Shown here: piece after piece, positions 24,082 through 32,000 of the stretch
How the letters are laid out: each line of letters begins with the position of its first letter
How positions within the stretch are numbered: position 1 is the first letter of the stretch
NCBI RefSeq assembly: GCF_000018785.1
Contig: NC_010163.1
Location: forward strand, 1,020,001-1,052,000
Length of the DNA stretch: 32,000 nucleotides
Source of the DNA: Acholeplasma laidlawii PG-8A
GTDB taxonomy: Bacteria; Bacillota_I; Bacilli_A; Acholeplasmatales; Acholeplasmataceae
Direction: 5' to 3'
Notes under the pieces: model-generated
Told to the model about the DNA's origin: nothing
The model's database searches: none
What the model saw: only the letters and a program-made list of their open reading frames with translations
Position numbers and translations under genes: made by a program

Positions 24082-24821
24082 TTTTTCTTCCCCTCTTTAA
24101 TAAAAAACTCAGGAATAACACCAATGACTTGAATACCAGTACCTTGTTCAAGTTGCTCTTTGGTCATATAAGAGTTATTAAATAGGTGTTTTATAAATGC
24201 TAAGCCGATACCAATAATTGCACCACCCATTAAACCTACGATAATATATAATATTCTATTTGGTGAATCATCAACCGGATCACTTGCTGGTGATAACTCT
24301 ATAAATGAGTCTTCAAACATTAAAATGTCATTTTCTATTAAAATTGTAGTTAATACTGACGTAATCACTTGTGTAAAATCAGCATTAGAGTGGCTATAAC
24401 TAAATTTGATAATAAAAGATGTACTTGATGAAGCAACCGAAATATTACTAATAATGTCACGGTCTGACATCGAATCAAGTAGACTTTGATGTTCTACATT
24501 TGTGATTAAACTACGATATTCCTCAGTTCTTAGTTTTCTTACTATATGAGGACTTCTTGCAAATTCTGCTGCGGTATCAAGTAATCTTTGTGAATTGATT
24601 AAAGTATTAGAATCAACTCTTTCACTTGATACTGGTACTTGAACCAGTATTTCAGAAGTTGATTTATACCTATCTTCTACAAAACGACTTACATAAGCGA
24701 ATGTAAGTACACCCAATAATAATGTGAAAAATGTAATCATGATCCAGTTTAATTTAATAATAGATATAATATCCATTAAACTTAGCCCAGACTCCTGATT
24801 TTCTTTATTTTCTAAATCCAT
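24078..24821 (-). CDS. ywqC: BY-kinase transmembrane modulator / Wzz-like chain-length determinant (CpsC/YwqC-like)
   Basis: Two TM helices flank an extracytoplasmic Wzz-type domain. ATGA overlap with the kinase gene. AAAGGGAGA RBS. Confidence 0.8.
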   Translation of the reverse strand: MDLENKENQESGLSLMDIISIIKLNWIMITFFTLLLGVLTFAYVSRFVEDRYKSTSEILVQVPVSSERVDSNTLINSQRLLDTAAEFARSPHIVRKLRTEEYRSLITNVEHQSLLDSMSDRDIISNISVASSSTSFIIKFSYSHSNADFTQVITSVLTTILIENDILMFEDSFIELSPASDPVDDSPNRILYIIVGLMGGAIIGIGLAFIKHLFNNSYMTKEQLEQGTGIQVIGVIPEFFIKEGKKK

Positions 24822-24872
24822 ATAAAAATCTCCCTTTTAAATTGCTCTATATAGTTAATTTATTATAGCACA

Positions 24873-26630
24873 TTAGCTTAATTTTTTAAACAAATCAATT
24901 ACTTGGTCAATATTTTGTTCAATCATTTTTAGTGAATCTACCCAGAATGATTTCTCTGTAATATCAATACCCATAGATGCTGCTACATCTTCTGCATCTG
25001 CCATTGTTGTTAATTTTAATAATTTATCATAGTTTTTAATGAATGCTTCTTTATCTTTTAAGTACTGAGCATATAAGCCTTTTCCGAATAAAAGGCCAAA
25101 TGCATAAGGGAAGTTATAGAAGTTTAAACCTGCACTATAATAGTGTCCTTTAACTAACCACATGTATGGATGTAGGTTTTGATGATCTAAGCCATCTTGA
25201 TATGCTTCTTTTTGAGCTTCTAACATCCAAGTTTTCATTTCATGTTTAGAAATTGGGCGGTTTGCACTTTCAAATACTTTTGATTCAAATAGGAAACGAG
25301 AAAGAATATCAATAATAACTTGTGTATCTCCTTGTAAGCCCATTTCTAAAATAGATAATTTTTCACTATCATCTTTCACACCTGAAAGTAGGAAATCATT
25401 CATAATAGCTTCACAGAAAATTGATGCAGTTTCTGCTAAAGGCATAGAGTAACTCCAATGAAGTGGTGCGTTATCAGAAATAATTTCACCGTGATAAGCA
25501 TGTCCTAATTCATGAGCAAGTGTAGATACATTATCTAGTGCACCAGTAAAGTTTAATAATATTCTTGATTGACCAATTTGTGGTTGATTTGAACAAAATG
25601 CACCACCACGTTTACCCTTTTTAGGGTATACGTCAATCCAGTTTTTATCAAATGTTTTTTGTGCAAAGTTACCAAGTTTTGGTGAGAATGATGTAAATGC
25701 ATTAAACACTAATGATTTAGCCTCATCATAGGTATATGTTTTATTTAAGTTGCCGACAGGAGCAAACATATCATACCAAGGTAGGCTACCTTTATGTCCT
25801 AGGTATTTTGATTTTGCTTTTAAGTAGTTTGCAAATCGAGGTCTAAAGTCCTTCATTGCAGATATCATTGCATCCAGTGTTTCTTTTTTCATGTTGGATT
25901 GATCAAGGGTCTTTTCTAAAGCAGATTCATAACCTCTTAATTCATTCATGGTATTTACTTCACGTTTGATGTTTGTTAATGCAAGTGCTACATAGTCATC
26001 TACTTTTTCGTAAGCCTCTAATTCTTTTTCATAGGCAAGTTTACGTAATTTTTGATCACTGTCATAAGCCATATTTCTAACGTCTGAAAAGGTTTTTTCT
26101 TCACCGTTAATTTCAATCATCATATTAGAAGTTGCAAGTGTTTGAATTTGACTCCAAGAACGAGAACTTAGTTCACTTAGTTTTGCATATAGTGATTCTT
26201 CTGCTTCACTTAATAAATGTTTAGCGCCGTCTTGGTCTTTCTTCAGGTTATATAAGTATTTATTAATAAGTTCAGACTTCGTTGCTAGTTCATCTAAATT
26301 GACAGTTGTTAAATATCTACTAAAGACAACACTTGGTTTTGTTAAACCTCTGTAAATTTGGCTTAATTTAGATAAATAGCCTAGTGCTTCATTATTAGAT
26401 ACATCCGTAGATGATGTAAGGGAAGCAAAACTTCCAATCGTACAACCTAATACAGTGATCTTTTCATCAAATTTAAGTGCTTCTTCAATATATTTAACAT
26501 CATCTTTTACTTCACTTGTTAAATGTGCTGCCATCGCTTGAACTAAGTTGTCTAACTTAGTTAAATCATTTTTGAAGGTTTCATCAAAACCTTTATATAA
26601 ATCGTTTAAATCCCAGTTGATTGCTTTCAT
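24873..26630 (-). CDS. pepF: Oligoendopeptidase F family (M3B)
   Basis: HELGHAYH zinc motif, length of about 585 aa, and the LAETASIF downstream Glu region typical of M3B. Confidence 0.9.
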   Translation of the reverse strand: MKAINWDLNDLYKGFDETFKNDLTKLDNLVQAMAAHLTSEVKDDVKYIEEALKFDEKITVLGCTIGSFASLTSSTDVSNNEALGYLSKLSQIYRGLTKPSVVFSRYLTTVNLDELATKSELINKYLYNLKKDQDGAKHLLSEAEESLYAKLSELSSRSWSQIQTLATSNMMIEINGEEKTFSDVRNMAYDSDQKLRKLAYEKELEAYEKVDDYVALALTNIKREVNTMNELRGYESALEKTLDQSNMKKETLDAMISAMKDFRPRFANYLKAKSKYLGHKGSLPWYDMFAPVGNLNKTYTYDEAKSLVFNAFTSFSPKLGNFAQKTFDKNWIDVYPKKGKRGGAFCSNQPQIGQSRILLNFTGALDNVSTLAHELGHAYHGEIISDNAPLHWSYSMPLAETASIFCEAIMNDFLLSGVKDDSEKLSILEMGLQGDTQVIIDILSRFLFESKVFESANRPISKHEMKTWMLEAQKEAYQDGLDHQNLHPYMWLVKGHYYSAGLNFYNFPYAFGLLFGKGLYAQYLKDKEAFIKNYDKLLKLTTMADAEDVAASMGIDITEKSFWVDSLKMIEQNIDQVIDLFKKLS

Positions 26631-26649
26631 GTTTTTTGTCCTTTTTATT

Positions 26650-26937
26650 TTATGGTGTTTGAATATTTAAATATGTAATACGCTCTTTTGACATGATGAC
26701 ATTATGACTATGTGTTAGTAGATTGTTTTGATCTTTTGTATAGATTTCTATCATACCATCTTCATAATCTTTCCATCGTTCGATTTCAACTTCTACATAG
26801 AGTCCATCACTAATTTCTATGTATGCGTAGTTATAGGTGTAATTTCCCCATCCCATATCTTGGTTACCACAAGCAACCAATAGAAATACAGATGTTAGTA
26901 CTATAATAAGTGCTATTATTTTCTTCATTTTATTCAT
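26650..26937 (-). CDS. Small lipoprotein of unknown function
   Basis: Signal peptide with lipobox LLVAC. 8-nt overlap with the uvrB 3' end. Confidence 0.6.
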   Translation of the reverse strand: MNKMKKIIALIIVLTSVFLLVACGNQDMGWGNYTYNYAYIEISDGLYVEVEIERWKDYEDGMIEIYTKDQNNLLTHSHNVIMSKERITYLNIQTP

Positions 26938-28894
26938 CCGCCTTTAATTCAAATATTAAATCTCTTATTTCCATTGCTTTTTCAAAGTCTAGATCTTTAG
27001 CTGCTTGACGCATTAAGGTATCTAGGCGTTTAAGTTCTTTTTCTTTTTGTTTCTTATCTAGTTTGAGGTTATCTAGATCTTTATCTGTGATAACACCTTT
27101 AATAGATATATCATCACGAATGTCTTTGACTACTTGAGTTGGTGTAACATGGTGCGTCTCATTATATTTTGTTTGAATACTACGACGACGATTCGTTTCA
27201 TCAATTGCTTTTTGCATCGATTCTGAAATAGTATCTGCATACATAATGACTGTCCCATCAATGTTTCTAGCAGCTCTACCAATGGTTTGAATTAAGGAAC
27301 GTTCACTACGTAAAAACCCTTGCTTATCAGCATCTAATATAGCAACTAAACCTACCTCAGGTAAGTCTAGACCTTCTCTTAAGAGGTTAATACCAATTAA
27401 GACATCATATTTACCAAGTCTTAGTGCTCTTAAGATAGTCGTTCTTTCTAACGATTTTACTTCACTATGTAGATAAGCTACTTTTAAGCCCAACTCTTTA
27501 AAGTGTCTTGTTAAGTCTTCACTCATCTTAATCGTTAAGGTTGTAACAAGTACGCGCTGATTTTTTTCAATTCTCTTTTTGATTTCAAAGTATAAATCAT
27601 CAATTTGACCAACAGTAGGTTTAATTGTTATTTCAGGGTCAAGTAAGTAGGTAGGTCTAATAATTTGTTCTACAATCGGTAGATTTCTTTCTAACTCATA
27701 TGGCCCTGGTGTTGCAGATAGGTAAATCACTTTATCTTGACGTGCTTGGAACTCATCAAATTGAAGCGGTCTATTATCAAGTGCCGAAGGTAATCTAAAC
27801 CCAAAGTTCACTAGGTTTTCTTTACGACTTCTATCACCAAAGTACATACCTCTTACCTGAGGGATTGTAACGTGCGATTCATCAATGACCATTAAGTAGT
27901 CATCCCCGAAAAAATCTATGAGTGTAGCAGGCGTTTCACCTGCTTCACGTAATGCAATATGTCTTGAGTAGTTTTCAATACCGGATGTGAATCCAATTTC
28001 TTCAAGCATTTCAATATCGTATTTGGTACGCATTTCAATACGTTGAGCTTCTAGTAGTTGGTTATTACCTTGGAAGAAATGTATTTGATCAGCTAATTCA
28101 TTTTTAATACGACGAATACTTTCCTTCATTTTATCTTTATTCGCCATAAAGAGTGTTGCAGGGAATATCGTTACAAACGTCGTGCGTTCTTTTGACACAC
28201 CTGTTAAAGGATCAAATAGAATAATATCATCGATTTCATCACCAAAGAATGATACTCGAATACCTTGGCTAGCTTCATTAGCTAGTATGATTTCAATGGC
28301 ATCTCCTCTAACTCTAAAGCTACCTCGCTTAAAGTCAATATCATTTCGTTCATAGGTTAATTCAATCAGTTTATTTAATAAATTATTACGACCATATTCT
28401 TCGCCTACTCTTAAAAAGATAGTAGCTTTTTTATAGTCATCAGGATCCCCAATACCGTAGATACAAGAAACGGATGCTACAACAATGACGTCTTCTCTAG
28501 TTAGTAAAGATGCCACTGCAGAGTGGCGTAATTCATCGATTTCATCGTTAATGGATGAGTCTTTTTCAATATAAGTATCACTAGATACTACATAAGCTTC
28601 TGGTTGAAAGTAATCATAATATGAAATAAAGTATTCTACTCTGTTTTCAGGAAATAGTGATTTTAACTCACCATAAAGTTGACCTGCTAATGTTTTATTA
28701 TGAGCAAGTACTAAGGTTTTCTTCCCCATCTTTTCAATAATATTAGCAATCGTAAATGTTTTACCTGTACCTGTAGCACCCAAAAGAATTTGTTCTTTTG
28801 TTCCAGATTCAAAATTAGATATTAATTTATCTATAGCTTCTGGTTGGTCTCCACTTGGTTTATAGGGTGATTTTAGTTTAAACAATGCTGTCAC
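26930..28894 (-). CDS. uvrB: Excinuclease ABC subunit B
   Basis: [11 protein letters not shown], Walker [11 protein letters not shown], the beta-hairpin region [14 protein letters not shown], helicase motifs and a C-terminal UVR domain ([16 protein letters not shown]). Non-ATG start: GTG at 28894, or TTG at 28885, which is better spaced from AAGGAAG. Confidence 0.95.
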   Translation of the reverse strand: MTALFKLKSPYKPSGDQPEAIDKLISNFESGTKEQILLGATGTGKTFTIANIIEKMGKKTLVLAHNKTLAGQLYGELKSLFPENRVEYFISYYDYFQPEAYVVSSDTYIEKDSSINDEIDELRHSAVASLLTREDVIVVASVSCIYGIGDPDDYKKATIFLRVGEEYGRNNLLNKLIELTYERNDIDFKRGSFRVRGDAIEIILANEASQGIRVSFFGDEIDDIILFDPLTGVSKERTTFVTIFPATLFMANKDKMKESIRRIKNELADQIHFFQGNNQLLEAQRIEMRTKYDIEMLEEIGFTSGIENYSRHIALREAGETPATLIDFFGDDYLMVIDESHVTIPQVRGMYFGDRSRKENLVNFGFRLPSALDNRPLQFDEFQARQDKVIYLSATPGPYELERNLPIVEQIIRPTYLLDPEITIKPTVGQIDDLYFEIKKRIEKNQRVLVTTLTIKMSEDLTRHFKELGLKVAYLHSEVKSLERTTILRALRLGKYDVLIGINLLREGLDLPEVGLVAILDADKQGFLRSERSLIQTIGRAARNIDGTVIMYADTISESMQKAIDETNRRRSIQTKYNETHHVTPTQVVKDIRDDISIKGVITDKDLDNLKLDKKQKEKELKRLDTLMRQAAKDLDFEKAMEIRDLIFELKADE

Positions 28895-29071
28895 TTCCTT
28901 TGATGATTTATGATACTTTAAATATATATCTATATTTAGTCAATTTTAACATTTTTATGCATAAATAACAAGTGTAACTATTGACCACCCGTTATAAAAT
29001 ACACATGTTGTTTTTGATAATTTAATGTGGGTGTTTAGGTCTAGCCTAGTTCTTTATGAACTAGTTTATCC

Positions 29072-30289
29072 TTATTTTATTTTAGAAATAATATCATGTG
29101 AAGAAAGATATCCTGTCGAGAGCGCAATTGTAATGTTATATCCACCAATGGGCCCATGTAAGTCTGTTGTTTCACCTATGAAGTATAGATTTGGATGCGT
29201 TTTAACTTCCATAGACTTTGGATCTAGTACTTTAAGATCAATACCGCCTTTATTCACATAAGCTCTTAGTTTATCTTCTACACTGTCAATAACAAACTCA
29301 TACTTAGTAAATGAGTTACTAATATACATTAAATCCTTCTTCTTCATTTCTGCAATTTTAATAGAGATAATATTTTTTAGTGCTAATACAACTTCAACAA
29401 TTCTTTTACTTGTATAGTCTTCTAACACTTTATGTAATAGCTTATTTTTGTTTTCTATTAAGATGTTATATAATTCTTCTTCAGTTTTATTGATGAACCC
29501 AAAGGTTATAGTAGATTTTCCAATCTCCACAATATCTTCATAAATAAACTCAGAAAGATGCATAATAACTGGTCCACTTAAACCCACATGGGTAAATAAC
29601 AGATCACCTACATAGGCTATTTTAGTGTTCTTAATCGCGACACGCACTTGGGTAATTGATGTGCCACGTAAGAGTTTAAAATCCTCTACAACTTGTTTAG
29701 AGTAGATAGATGTTTCAGCTGGTGTAAATGCTTTATAAGGTATCCCTAAATGTTCAGCAAATTTAAGTCCATCACCACTGCTACCTACTTGTGGATAACT
29801 ATTTGATCCAGTAGCAACTATGACAAACTTCCCATGAAATACAGTATGGTTTGTAGTGATCTCATAGTAGTCTTCTAACTTTTCTATTTTTTTAACTGAT
29901 TGACCAAACTTAATATGATCTTTATGAATGGTATGTGTTAATACTTCTAAAACATCTGAACTCTTTCCTGTTTCTGGAAAATACTTAAAGTTATTTTCTA
30001 GAATTAATTCCAAGCCATTTTCTTTAAAAAAAGCTAAAATTTCTAGTGGCCCGAATTGTTTTAATGCTGGATAAATAAACTTTTTATTTTGGATTGTTAG
30101 GGTATCGATAAAATCTCTAATATTTAAATTATTGGTTACATTACAACGCTTACCACCAGTTAATAAAACCTTTTTACCCACTTGTTCATTTTTTTCTAGT
30201 AAGACGTAGTTTATTTTTGCTTTTTCTAATTGGTTTGCGGCCATTAATCCTGCTGGTCCACCACCAATAATGATTACATCATATGTCAT
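29072..30289 (-). CDS. NAD(P)/FAD-dependent oxidoreductase, HI0933/BaiN-like flavoprotein
   Basis: YDVIIIGGGPAGLMAA dinucleotide fold, TGGKRCNVTN, and C-terminal FIGETTDLHGPIGGYN, all typical of the HI0933 family. Confidence 0.85.
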   Translation of the reverse strand: MTYDVIIIGGGPAGLMAANQLEKAKINYVLLEKNEQVGKKVLLTGGKRCNVTNNLNIRDFIDTLTIQNKKFIYPALKQFGPLEILAFFKENGLELILENNFKYFPETGKSSDVLEVLTHTIHKDHIKFGQSVKKIEKLEDYYEITTNHTVFHGKFVIVATGSNSYPQVGSSGDGLKFAEHLGIPYKAFTPAETSIYSKQVVEDFKLLRGTSITQVRVAIKNTKIAYVGDLLFTHVGLSGPVIMHLSEFIYEDIVEIGKSTITFGFINKTEEELYNILIENKNKLLHKVLEDYTSKRIVEVVLALKNIISIKIAEMKKKDLMYISNSFTKYEFVIDSVEDKLRAYVNKGGIDLKVLDPKSMEVKTHPNLYFIGETTDLHGPIGGYNITIALSTGYLSSHDIISKIK

Positions 30290-30346
30290 ATATTTTGTTT
30301 CCTTAATCTATCATTTAATATGTCTATTATACACTATAGCTGTAAG

Positions 30347-30377
30347 TAAAAAGTGCATCAGCGGAAACTGATGCACT
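30347..30377 (-). terminator. Intrinsic terminator after ktrA
   Basis: Stem AGTGCATCAG (30352-30361) / CTGATGCACT (30368-30377) with a 6-nt loop. It is followed by TTTTT on the minus strand (30347-30351). Confidence 0.7.
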
Positions 30378-30386
30378 TATTTAAAA

Positions 30387-31055
30387 TTACTTATTAAATA
30401 TGCTAATTACTTTTGGTAAGTCTTTTTTTCTACCAAATATAAAGATTTCATCTAATGGTCTTAAAATAGAATCTTTATTAGGAACTAATATTTTGTTATT
30501 ACGTTCTATAAGTAAAATGTTACTGCCATACATACTTCTTAAATCAAGTTCTGTAATCGGTGTTGGTTCAAAATCTTCTGGGATATTTATCTCAAAAACA
30601 TCAAAATCATTTTTGATGTTAAAATAATCAACCACATTACCAAGGGCTATACGGTTTGCTACTCGTTCACTTGCAATACCTAGTGGACTTACAACATCTG
30701 TAGCTCCAACAAGTTTTAAGATAGATGCATAATCTTCTTCATCTGCTCTTGCTGTGATTTGCTTTACACCTAGTTCTTTTAGCTTGATGATTGTAATAAT
30801 ACTTGCAGTTAAGTTATTTCTTTCGTTTTGTCCAAAAGCAACAATTGCATGGTCCACATTAGAAATACCACTTGCTTTAAGTGCTTCTTCGTCTGTGGAA
30901 TCACAAACAAAAACATTTGAAATGACTTCACTTGCCTTTTTAACTGAGTCTTTGTTATTATCAATTGCTATGAGTTCAACATTCAGTTTACTAAAACTAT
31001 CTACTAGGTTTAAGCCAAATCGGCTTAAACCAATGATACCTATTATTTTTTTCAT
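30387..31055 (-). CDS. ktrA: Potassium uptake system peripheral subunit (RCK/TrkA-N + TrkA-C)
   Basis: IGIIGLSRFGLNL Rossmann start, 222 aa, located immediately downstream of a TrkH/KtrB-type membrane gene. Confidence 0.9.
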   Translation of the reverse strand: MKKIIGIIGLSRFGLNLVDSFSKLNVELIAIDNNKDSVKKASEVISNVFVCDSTDEEALKASGISNVDHAIVAFGQNERNNLTASIITIIKLKELGVKQITARADEEDYASILKLVGATDVVSPLGIASERVANRIALGNVVDYFNIKNDFDVFEINIPEDFEPTPITELDLRSMYGSNILLIERNNKILVPNKDSILRPLDEIFIFGRKKDLPKVISIFNK

Positions 31056-31062
31056 AAATTTG

Positions 31063-32000
31063 TCATCCTATCATCATTTTTTCTTCAATATATTCGATAC
31101 TGTCCATACCTTTTTTATACCATTGGGTATTAAAAATGCTAATGATTGTTATCGGTCCAACTCTACCTATAAACATGACTATACTCAAGACTATTTTAGA
31201 AGCATTTGACAATGTAGGTGTTAGATTCATGGATAACCCGACGTTAGCGAATGCTGATATGACTTCAAATATTGCTTTTTCTAAATCAATATTTTCCATC
31301 ATTATTATCAGTGATGTAGCTACCAAAACAATCATAATCGCAGTAGTTAATAAAATGCTAGCTTTATGCCTAGTTTCATCAGTAATTAAACGGTTATGTG
31401 TCGTCGTAGTTTTTCCTTTAGCATAACTTGTCGTACTTTTAAACAGTGCATATAGTGTCGTAGTCTTAATCCCACCACCTGTGGAGGATGGAGATGCTCC
31501 GATAAACATTAAAACCATTAGAATAAGTGCTGTTAAGGAAGATATGGTACCCATATTGATTGTTGTAAAACCTGCAGTTCTAGCTGTTACACTTAAGAAA
31601 AAGGCTTCTAATACATTTAAGTTTTTACCATCTACTTTACTTAGTAGGAAAAACCCAAAACCTAAACTCCATAACACTAAATTGACCTTAAGTACAATTT
31701 TTGAGTGTATCATCAATTTCTTATACGATTTCTTAGTTAATATATCATTTAACACAATAAACCCTAGACCACCAAGCATAATTAAGATTGCAGTACTTAA
31801 ATTAAGCAATACATGTCCATTATAACCTTGAAGACTTTGATCACCTAAAATATCAAACCCAGCATTATTAAAACTTGATACCGCATGAAATAAACTGAGT
31901 CCTATTGCATCAACAAGCTCATATTGTGGAACAAAGACAATCATATTGGCTATAAAGCCAAAACTTTCAATGACGAGTGTAAAGATAATAATCTTTTTAA
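31063..32000 (-). CDS. ktrB: Potassium transporter membrane subunit (TrkH/KtrB family), 5' end beyond the window
   Basis: Multi-TM protein with the NAGF and SSTGGGIKTTT selectivity-filter-like motifs. The reading frame stays open upstream of the listed Met (31944) through to base 32000. Confidence 0.85.
   Translation of the reverse strand, partial: KKIIIFTLVIESFGFIANMIVFVPQYELVDAIGLSLFHAVSSFNNAGFDILGDQSLQGYNGHVLLNLSTAILIMLGGLGFIVLNDILTKKSYKKLMIHSKIVLKVNLVLWSLGFGFFLLSKVDGKNLNVLEAFFLSVTARTAGFTTINMGTISSLTALILMVLMFIGASPSSTGGGIKTTTLYALFKSTTSYAKGKTTTTHNRLITDETRHKASILLTTAIMIVLVATSLIIMMENIDLEKAIFEVISAFANVGLSMNLTPTLSNASKIVLSIVMFIGRVGPITIISIFNTQWYKKGMDSIEYIEEKMMIG

Noticed and set aside
28895-29071. 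LexA/DinR (Cheo) box upstream of uvrB, and the hairpin CTAGTTC-TTTAT-GAACTAG at 29046-29064
   Set aside because: The inverted repeat is GTTC-N5-GAAC, which is the wrong half-site order and spacing for the GAAC-N4-GTTC Cheo box. As a terminator for the flavoprotein gene, it has no U-tract on the minus strand. It is left unannotated.
1-32000. Mobile elements, CRISPR arrays, tRNA/rRNA genes, and alternative genetic code (TGA=Trp)
   Set aside because: No transposase- or integrase-like ORFs, terminal inverted repeats or regularly spaced direct repeats were seen. The intergenic regions are too short and too AT-rich for tRNAs. Long ORFs are intact under the standard code, TGA serves as a stop in ATGA overlaps and Trp is encoded by TGG, so code 4 is unlikely.

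Overview
Visibly AT-rich window with tightly packed genes. It uses the standard genetic code: TGA acts as a stop in ATGA start/stop overlaps and Trp is TGG. This suggests a low-GC Firmicute or wall-less relative (Acholeplasma/Erysipelotrichia-like), but the taxon is a guess. All family calls come from motifs read by eye in the ORF translations; no search was run.

The flanks are housekeeping genes: pepT (5' partial), an aldo/keto reductase, metNIQ (metI carries a 1-nt frameshift), mscS, pepF, uvrB, a BaiN-like flavoprotein and ktrAB (ktrB partial). There is also a YwqC/YwqD/YwqE-type tyrosine-kinase module that appears to share an operon with degV and an NYN/LOTUS gene.

The centre (about 6.4-21 kb, all on the minus strand) is the notable part. 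It is an operon of roughly 10.7 kb with these components:
- Five secreted proteins with SipW-type (TasA/camelysin-like) signal peptides. One is a 745-aa protein ending in about nine CBM5/12-like carbohydrate-binding repeats.
- Two SipW-type signal peptidases.
- Between the peptidases, a membrane-anchored McrB-like AAA+ ATPase and a large coiled-coil partner. The partner resembles an McrC/DUF2357 N-terminus, and I see no nuclease motif in it.

Three copies of a conserved RNA element match the c-di-GMP-I (GEMM-I) riboswitch and show compensatory stem changes between copies. Two are complete promoter-aptamer-terminator units in tandem at the operon 5' end. The third lies inside the operon. Immediately upstream are two GGDEF-EAL proteins, both with degenerate GGDEF motifs. 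One looks like an active sensor phosphodiesterase; the other looks like a degenerate receptor.

I read this as a c-di-GMP-gated TasA-like fibre/adhesin system with an unexpected McrBC-derived ATPase module. No CRISPR array, rRNA, tRNA or recognisable transposase was seen.
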